NCBI GenBank assembly: GCA_013204405.1
Contig: JABMNX010000035.1
Location: forward strand, 1 to 47,870
Direction of reading: 5' to 3'
Length of the DNA: 47,870 nt
Origin: Candidatus Kaiserbacteria bacterium
GTDB lineage: Bacteria; Patescibacteriota; Minisyncoccia; Phycocordibacterales; JABMNX01
Shown: piece after piece, positions 41,895 through 47,870 of the stretch
Layout: every line of letters starts with the position of its first letter
Position numbering within the stretch: the stretch's first letter is position 1
Program-made: the position numbers and the translations under genes
Notes under the pieces: model-generated
Databases searched by the model: none
Told to the model about the DNA's origin: nothing
What the model saw: the letters and a program-made list of their open reading frames with translations, nothing else

Positions 41895-43643
41895 ATGTAC
41901 ATAAATGAAAAACAATTAAAAGAATTTATCCTTGATGCAAATTTGGTTTCTAAAAGCGTGTATGAAAAGGCGGAGGAAGAGGCAAAAAAACGCAGTCAAC
42001 CAGTGGGAGATATTCTTGTCTCAAATGGAGATATCACCGAGGATGATTTACGTAAGATGCACGCGTATGTTCTTGGAATTCCTTTCATTAAATTGGAAGG
42101 TAAGCGAATTGACCCAGAAGTACTCTCTCTTATTCCTGAACCGATTGCTCGGAATCATAATATTATCGCGTATAAGAAGACGGAGGACAGTCTTGAGGTT
42201 GCAATGCTTAACACTGACAACTTAACGGCAATTGATTTTGTTAAAAAGAAAGTGCGACTGAAGATACTCCCACGTCTTACTGACACCAACTCTATTAAAG
42301 TAGCTCTTAAGCAGTACCAAAAAAGTCTCAAGGATGAGTTTGGTGAAATAATTCAACGCGAAACAGCGTCACTAAAAGAGACTCTCGGAGAAGGTGAGGA
42401 AATGACAGGAGAAGACCTTAAGAAACTTGCTGAGGATTTGCCAGTTGTTCGTATTGTTGATTCACTACTTCGTCACGCGATTAACCAGAATGCATCAGAC
42501 ATTCACATCGAGCCGATGGATGAGCAGGTTCTTATCCGGTACCGAATTGATGGAATTCTGCACGACGCAATGACACTCCCCAAGGGAGCTGCTTCATCAA
42601 TTACTGCGCGCATTAAAGTACTTTCGAGTTTGAAGCTTGACGAAAAGCGGCTTCCACAAGACGGTCGTTTCAAGATGGAAACAGGAAATGAACGTGTGTC
42701 ATTTCGTGTTTCTATACTCCCTACATATTTTGGAGAGAAGACAGTAATGCGACTTCTTCGTGAAGATATTTCAGGATTCACACTTGAAGGTCTTGGGTTT
42801 CATGGGGGAGGTCTCGAAAGAATTCATGAAGCAACTCGCCATAAAACAGGGATGATTCTTACAACTGGTCCTACTGGTTCAGGAAAAACTACAACTCTGT
42901 ATACTATTCTTAGTATTTTAAACACGACGGATGTAAACATATCTACTGTTGAGGATCCGATTGAGTACCAGATGCCACGGATTAATCAGACTCAAGTAAA
43001 ACCTGATATAGGCTTTACGTTTGCAACAGGACTTCGTGCTCTTGTGAGACAAGACCCCGATGTAATTATGGTGGGGGAAATTCGAGATAATGAAACTGCG
43101 TCGTTAGCAAGCAATGCATCTCTCACAGGGCATTTAGTGCTCTCAACACTCCACACGAACTCTGCGGCTGGAGCAGTTCCACGATTATTAGATATGGATG
43201 CCGAGCCGTTTCTCTTGGTTTCAACCATTAATGTTATTATCGGACAGCGTTTAGTTAGAGAATTGTGTGATTCTAAAGAAGAATACAAACTTACGAGCAC
43301 AGAACTGGAGAAAATAGCAAAGGTAGTTGACCTCGATTCTGTTCTCAAAGCTCTTAAGGAAGAAAATATAGTTGATAAGAAAGCTGAATGGAAAGATGTT
43401 CCGTTTTTTAAAGAGAAGCCCTCAGCAGAATGTGCTGATGGGTTTAGTGGGAGACTCGGTATTCATGAGATTTTATATGTGTCTGATGCGGTTAAAGGAT
43501 TAATTATGAAAGGTGCAACATCTGAAGAAATAGAAGCTCAAGCAAAAAGTGAAGGAATGATGACAATGATTGAAGATGGTATTTTTAAGTGCGTACAGGG
43601 GATTACCACTATTGAGGAAGTGTTGCGAGTTGTTTCAGAGTAA
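41895..43643 (+). CDS. pilB: type IV pilus / type II secretion assembly ATPase (GspE/PilB family)
   Basis: 582 aa. N-terminal T2SSE_N-like domain, Walker A GPTGSGKTTT, Asp box, Walker B VIMVGEIRD, His box LTGHLVLSTLHTN. Confidence 0.95.
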   Translation: MYINEKQLKEFILDANLVSKSVYEKAEEEAKKRSQPVGDILVSNGDITEDDLRKMHAYVLGIPFIKLEGKRIDPEVLSLIPEPIARNHNIIAYKKTEDSLEVAMLNTDNLTAIDFVKKKVRLKILPRLTDTNSIKVALKQYQKSLKDEFGEIIQRETASLKETLGEGEEMTGEDLKKLAEDLPVVRIVDSLLRHAINQNASDIHIEPMDEQVLIRYRIDGILHDAMTLPKGAASSITARIKVLSSLKLDEKRLPQDGRFKMETGNERVSFRVSILPTYFGEKTVMRLLREDISGFTLEGLGFHGGGLERIHEATRHKTGMILTTGPTGSGKTTTLYTILSILNTTDVNISTVEDPIEYQMPRINQTQVKPDIGFTFATGLRALVRQDPDVIMVGEIRDNETASLASNASLTGHLVLSTLHTNSAAGAVPRLLDMDAEPFLLVSTINVIIGQRLVRELCDSKEEYKLTSTELEKIAKVVDLDSVLKALKEENIVDKKAEWKDVPFFKEKPSAECADGFSGRLGIHEILYVSDAVKGLIMKGATSEEIEAQAKSEGMMTMIEDGIFKCVQGITTIEEVLRVVSE

Positions 43644-43654
43644 TAAAATATTAT

Positions 43655-44869
43655 ATGCCACTGTTCACATACAAAGCAAAAAATAAAAACGGGGATGTAT
43701 TTAAGAGTACTGCGTCTGCCAAAGATAAGTTTGAGTTATATGACCTAATTAGAAAAGATGGGTCAGAAATAATCGAAGTACACGAAAAGGGGAGTAGAAG
43801 ATTTTCAATGAACCAATTCAATGAGTTGTTTGGTGCTGTCAAAGAGCATGAAAAGGTTATCCTCACACGTAATCTTGGAGCAATGATTGAAGCGGGGCTT
43901 TCACTTACACGAGCACTTACTGTGCTTGAACGACAGTCAAAGAACCAAAAGCTCAAAATGGTACTTGCGGGGGTTAATAACGACGTAAAAAGTGGGAACA
44001 ACTTCCATACCGCACTTAAAAAGTTTCCAAAAGTTTTCTCACCACTCTTTGTTTCCATGGTTTTGGCTGGTGAGGAGAGTGGAAAACTTTCAGGAGCTCT
44101 TAATCTTATCGGCTCACAGCTTGAACGATCTTATACCCTTAAAAAGAAGATAAAGGGTGCGTTGATTTATCCGGGGATTATTCTTATCGCGATGGTTATT
44201 ATTGCGGTCTTGATGCTCGTCTTTGTTGTGCCGACACTAACATCAACTTTTGAGGAGCTTGGTGCAGAGTTACCCGCAAGTACACAAGGTATTATTACTG
44301 TAAGTAAATTTTTATCAGAACAGACACTCCTTGCAATCTTGATACCAGCATTACTTGGGGCTCTCATATATTATGGTCTCAGAACCAGGAGAGGAAAAAG
44401 AGCCTTTAGTTTTGCCATACTTCATGTCCCTATTATTGGGGAGCTTGTTAAAGAAATTCAAGCTGCACGTACTGCCCGAACACTTTCGTCGCTACTTTCT
44501 TCCGGAGTCGAAATAGTTACAGCTATTTCAATAACAGGTGAGGTTCTACAAAATCCATATTATAAAGAAGTACTCGCCCGTGCTGAGAGTGACGTGCAGA
44601 AAGGCACACCTCTTTCAGGGTCATTTACTGACAATGAGCACCTCTACCCAATTTTAGTCGGAGAAATGATTTCAGTTGGAGAAGAAACAGGTAAGTTGCC
44701 CGACATGCTCTTGCGTGTTGCGGAATTTTACGAGTCAGAGGTTGAGCAAAAAACAAAAGACATGTCGACAATCATTGAACCGTTCTTGATGATTATTATC
44801 GGTACATTCGTTGGATTCTTTGCACTCTCTATGATTTCACCGATTTACTCCCTTTCAGAAAGTATCTAA
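43655..44869 (+). CDS. pilC: type IV pilus platform protein (GspF/PilC family)
   Basis: 404 aa. Two repeats of the T2SSF domain with three TM helices. Confidence 0.9.
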   Translation: MPLFTYKAKNKNGDVFKSTASAKDKFELYDLIRKDGSEIIEVHEKGSRRFSMNQFNELFGAVKEHEKVILTRNLGAMIEAGLSLTRALTVLERQSKNQKLKMVLAGVNNDVKSGNNFHTALKKFPKVFSPLFVSMVLAGEESGKLSGALNLIGSQLERSYTLKKKIKGALIYPGIILIAMVIIAVLMLVFVVPTLTSTFEELGAELPASTQGIITVSKFLSEQTLLAILIPALLGALIYYGLRTRRGKRAFSFAILHVPIIGELVKEIQAARTARTLSSLLSSGVEIVTAISITGEVLQNPYYKEVLARAESDVQKGTPLSGSFTDNEHLYPILVGEMISVGEETGKLPDMLLRVAEFYESEVEQKTKDMSTIIEPFLMIIIGTFVGFFALSMISPIYSLSESI

Positions 44870-44891
44870 CATTAAGTCAAATAATTGCACA

Positions 44892-46253
44892 ATGTCACTC
44901 TATTTCCATGCATATTTAAAAGGAGGCCAGAAGGGAACATCTCTACTTGATACTGTTTTTGGTACCGCCCTACTTCTTATAGTATTTGTTGGTTTGTACG
45001 GAGCATTTCAACTTACACTTGAATTGGTACAAAGCTCAAAATCTAAAACAGGGGCACTTGCACTCGCAAGTGAGAGGATGGAGTACGTTCGAAGCCTCGG
45101 ATATGATGATGTTGGAACAGTTGGTGGAATCCCTGCAGGAGTATTGGTTGAAGAAGAGACTGAAACGTTAAACGGTATCGAGTATGCTCGTCGTACATTT
45201 GTCCAATATGTTGATGCGTCTCAAGATGGGTTAGGTGGTTCGGATTCAAACGGCATAACAACTGATTATAAAGTTGTGAAGGTAAATATTGAATGGGACT
45301 TTCGTGGGGAGAGTCGTTCATTTTTTCTTGTTACTAATATAGTTCCACAAGGAATGGAAACAGTGTCAGGAGGAGGAACTCTTCGTATTACGGTACTTAA
45401 TTCTCTCGGCTCTCCTGTGACAAGTGCACAAGTAAACTTAGTTAACAATAATGTTGTACCTGCAGTATCTCTTTCAACATTTACTAATACGAGCGGTATT
45501 GTTGAATTTCCGGGAGCGCCTTCTGCTAATAGTTATGAGGTTACAGTAAGTAAAACTAATTACAGTGGAGCACAAACGTACTCCGTTTCAGTGGCTAACC
45601 CAAATCCTAGCCCAGGACATCTGACTGTAGTTGAAACTCAAACTACTTCGTCAAGCCTTTCTATAGATGTGGTTGGTAATGCAACAATACGTACATTTGA
45701 ATTAGGCACCACCACTCCTCTTGCTGATATTCCGCTTTCAATTATAGGAGCAAAAACAATAGGAACTGACAGCGGTGACAATCCTGTATATAAATATTCA
45801 TCCTCAATAGACACTGGTTCATCAGGAAGCATTACAGTAAACGACCTTGAGTGGGACAACTACACGATATCTATAGATGATACTGCGACAGGGTACGACA
45901 TAGCAGAGGTATGTACCCCACAGCCATTTTCACTTCTTTCAGGAGAAAGTGAAACAGTGGATGTATATGTGGTAACTGATACACCGCATACTCTTTTGGT
46001 CGACGTTAAGGATGCCGGCGGCAGCGTATTAAGTGGAGCAACAATTCGTTTGTATCGTGGGGCATACGACACAACAATTGTTGGAGGAGTGTGCGGCCAA
46101 GCATTTTTTAATGATTCGGTCTCTGAAGGGACGGTAAGTGGTAGCAACCCTTATTCACTTGATGTGTCGCTCTCTGGATATACTTCAGAGACCGTGAGTA
46201 ATGTTGAAGTGAGTGACGTATCACGGTCAAGTGTTATTTTAAATAGTATATAA
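44892..46253 (+). CDS. large pilin-like protein with atypical class III signal and Ig-like/CarboxypepD_reg-like repeats
   Basis: 453 aa. The N-terminal KGGQKG-TSLLDTVFGTALLLIVFVGL resembles a prepilin leader plus hydrophobic helix, but has T at +1 and D at +5. Beta-rich repeats (..GGTLRITVLNSLGSPVTSAQVNL.., ..LLVDVKDAGGSVLSGATIRLY..). Confidence 0.6.
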   Translation: MSLYFHAYLKGGQKGTSLLDTVFGTALLLIVFVGLYGAFQLTLELVQSSKSKTGALALASERMEYVRSLGYDDVGTVGGIPAGVLVEEETETLNGIEYARRTFVQYVDASQDGLGGSDSNGITTDYKVVKVNIEWDFRGESRSFFLVTNIVPQGMETVSGGGTLRITVLNSLGSPVTSAQVNLVNNNVVPAVSLSTFTNTSGIVEFPGAPSANSYEVTVSKTNYSGAQTYSVSVANPNPSPGHLTVVETQTTSSSLSIDVVGNATIRTFELGTTTPLADIPLSIIGAKTIGTDSGDNPVYKYSSSIDTGSSGSITVNDLEWDNYTISIDDTATGYDIAEVCTPQPFSLLSGESETVDVYVVTDTPHTLLVDVKDAGGSVLSGATIRLYRGAYDTTIVGGVCGQAFFNDSVSEGTVSGSNPYSLDVSLSGYTSETVSNVEVSDVSRSSVILNSI

Positions 46254-46255
46254 GT

Positions 46256-46861
46256 ATGACTCCGAGAAATCATTCAAAAGGGTTCACATTAATTGAGACA
46301 CTCGTCGTGCTCGCTATTTTCATTGTTGTGTTAGGTGCACTAGTTTCTTCAATTCGGTTTTTTTATCGTTCAAACACGCACGCATTAGAACAATCATTTG
46401 CAATCAATAGTGCACGTATTGGGATAGAACGAATGGTTAAAGATACTCGAGAAGCTTCATTCTCTGATGAAGGTTCTTATCCCGTTATTTCTATGGCGAC
46501 ATCATCCTTTAGTTTTTATAGTGACGTAGACGAGGACATTTTTGTTGAAAAGGTACGATATTTTCTTGACGGTACAAACTTAAATAGGGGGGTCGTAGAC
46601 TCTACTGGAGACCCACTTGCGTATGATGATAACAGTGAGGTGGTCTCATTGGTTTCGGACAATGTGCGCAACAATACTGAGTCTGTAGTACTTTTTACGT
46701 ACTATAATGCTTCTGGAACTGAGATGGTAAGCCTGACAGATGTCACGGATGTTAGATTTGTCACTGCAGAGGTGGTTGTTAATGTTAATCCAGCACGACT
46801 GCCAAATAATTTCTCGCTTCGTTCTAGTGCAACACTACGTAACGTAAAAGAGAGTCAATAA
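46256..46861 (+). CDS. type IV pilin/pseudopilin with canonical N-terminal methylation motif
   Basis: 201 aa. KGFTLIETLVVLAIFIVVLGAL. Confidence 0.85.
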   Translation: MTPRNHSKGFTLIETLVVLAIFIVVLGALVSSIRFFYRSNTHALEQSFAINSARIGIERMVKDTREASFSDEGSYPVISMATSSFSFYSDVDEDIFVEKVRYFLDGTNLNRGVVDSTGDPLAYDDNSEVVSLVSDNVRNNTESVVLFTYYNASGTEMVSLTDVTDVRFVTAEVVVNVNPARLPNNFSLRSSATLRNVKESQ

Positions 46862-46863
46862 AC

Positions 46864-47870
46864 ATGAAAAATTCTGAAAACATGAATATATATAAACAAA
46901 GTGGGTACATAACAATGCTAGTTCTCGTGTTCGCTGGTGTGTTTTTTGTAATTGTGACGTCACTTTCTGGTTTTATATTCGTTCAAAATAAGGTTCAGAT
47001 TGCAAAAGAAAATGTAAGTAAAGCATTCCAAATTTCTGAAGCAGGTCTTGATTACTATAAATGGTTTTTGGCTCACTTCCCTGATGACTTACAAGATGGA
47101 ACTGGTGTATCAGGTCCATACGAACATACATATGCTGACCCAGAAGGAGGAAATTTTGGGAGTTTTTCGCTTGATGTTACTGGAAATACTCAATGTGGAG
47201 TGGTTTCTTCTATAGATATCACATCAACAGGGTGGTCTGACAATAATCCATCAATACAACGTATTGTTACTGGCAAGTACGCCCGCCCTTCTGTTGCCGA
47301 ATATTCATTTATATTAAACAGTGCTGTCTGGGCAGGGTCAGACCGTACTATTTATGGTAAGTATCATTCAAATGGTGGAATTCGAATGGATGCTGATAAT
47401 AGATCACTTGTAGAAAGTTCTGTCTCAAGTTGGACATGTACAGCAACTTTTAGCTGTAGTCCTGACTCAACTCAGGCAGGGGTTTTTGGGTTGGGCGATA
47501 GTAGTCTATGGGATTATCCAGTTCCACAAATTGATTTCAGTGGTATTACCGCTGATTTAGTTTCAATGAAGTCTATGGCGCAAAATAGTGGAGGAATTTA
47601 TCTTCCCGATTCAGGTGCGCAGGGTTATCATGTTATTTTTAATAGTAATGGAACATTTGACGTATATCGTGTGGATAGTGTTGGAGATGGTAATTGGTCA
47701 TATAATAATTTTTGGGGTTACGAACAAGAATATTCTATTATAAATTCCGAGACGTTTCTACAAAATTACACACCTTCTGCGACATGTGGTCTTGTTTTTG
47801 TTGAAGATAATTTATGGATTGAAGGTACCGTAAACGGAAAGTTAACGATTGTTTCCGCGGACTTAGTTAA
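46864..47870 (+). CDS. PilX-like minor pilin / pilus-associated protein (3' truncated by the window end)
   Basis: My own translation shows an open frame from the ATG at 46864 to the window end, with no stop. The N-terminal ..KQSGYITMLVLVFAGVFFVIVTSL hydrophobic helix is pilin-like. Not in the supplied ORF track because it is open-ended. Confidence 0.65.
   Translation, partial: MKNSENMNIYKQSGYITMLVLVFAGVFFVIVTSLSGFIFVQNKVQIAKENVSKAFQISEAGLDYYKWFLAHFPDDLQDGTGVSGPYEHTYADPEGGNFGSFSLDVTGNTQCGVVSSIDITSTGWSDNNPSIQRIVTGKYARPSVAEYSFILNSAVWAGSDRTIYGKYHSNGGIRMDADNRSLVESSVSSWTCTATFSCSPDSTQAGVFGLGDSSLWDYPVPQIDFSGITADLVSMKSMAQNSGGIYLPDSGAQGYHVIFNSNGTFDVYRVDSVGDGNWSYNNFWGYEQEYSIINSETFLQNYTPSATCGLVFVEDNLWIEGTVNGKLTIVSADLV

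Noticed and set aside
1-47870. CRISPR arrays, rRNA genes, IS elements, reverse transcriptase/DGR, restriction-modification or known defence cassettes
   Set aside because: I saw no regularly spaced direct repeats, no rRNA-like conserved blocks, and no transposase, RT, methylase or Cas-like ORFs in any frame of the supplied track.

Overview
47.9-kb AT-rich, very gene-dense bacterial chromosomal fragment with no rRNA, CRISPR array, transposase or obvious prophage. The style suggests a Patescibacteria/CPR-like (Parcubacteria-type) genome, but this is an inference: short or overlapping gene junctions, a trigger factor lacking a PPIase domain, a membrane-anchored MsrAB, type IV pilus genes, and many envelope proteins with no recognisable family. 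Recognisable housekeeping genes are rsmA, pcrA/uvrD, a LysM-M23 peptidase, comM, a dksA-like gene, pnp, an NYN-domain gene, rpsO, xer, glmS, xth, msrAB, a Nudix gene, cca, an HD-domain gene, yraN, an S1 protease, hup, rny, clpP, tig, ppa and nusA. There are four tRNAs: Arg-UCG, Gly-GCC, Pro-UGG and Gly-UCC. A pilB-pilC-pilin cluster runs off the 3' end of the window. The observations most worth following up are listed here. (1) Five parS-type sites lie within 900 bp (29120-30015), one a perfect TGTTTCACGTGAAACA. (2) tRNA-Gly(UCC) is flanked by 25-nt copies of its own 5' and 3' parts, and is followed by a ~200-nt structured element with a GC-rich 5' half whose closing helix is built from tRNA T-arm/acceptor sequence (32205-32708). 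(3) A rhodanese / TM-protein / polytopic (HTTM/SdpB-like?) operon is followed by a separately promoted 60-aa hydrophobic peptide (22091-24118). (4) A mirror-symmetric back-to-back promoter with a 32-bp perfect palindrome sits between msrAB and a MerT-like CC-motif membrane protein, and both genes look leaderless. (5) A six-gene, translationally coupled envelope operon of unknown function occupies 110-6669. All functional calls rest on motif recognition by eye; no database search was run.
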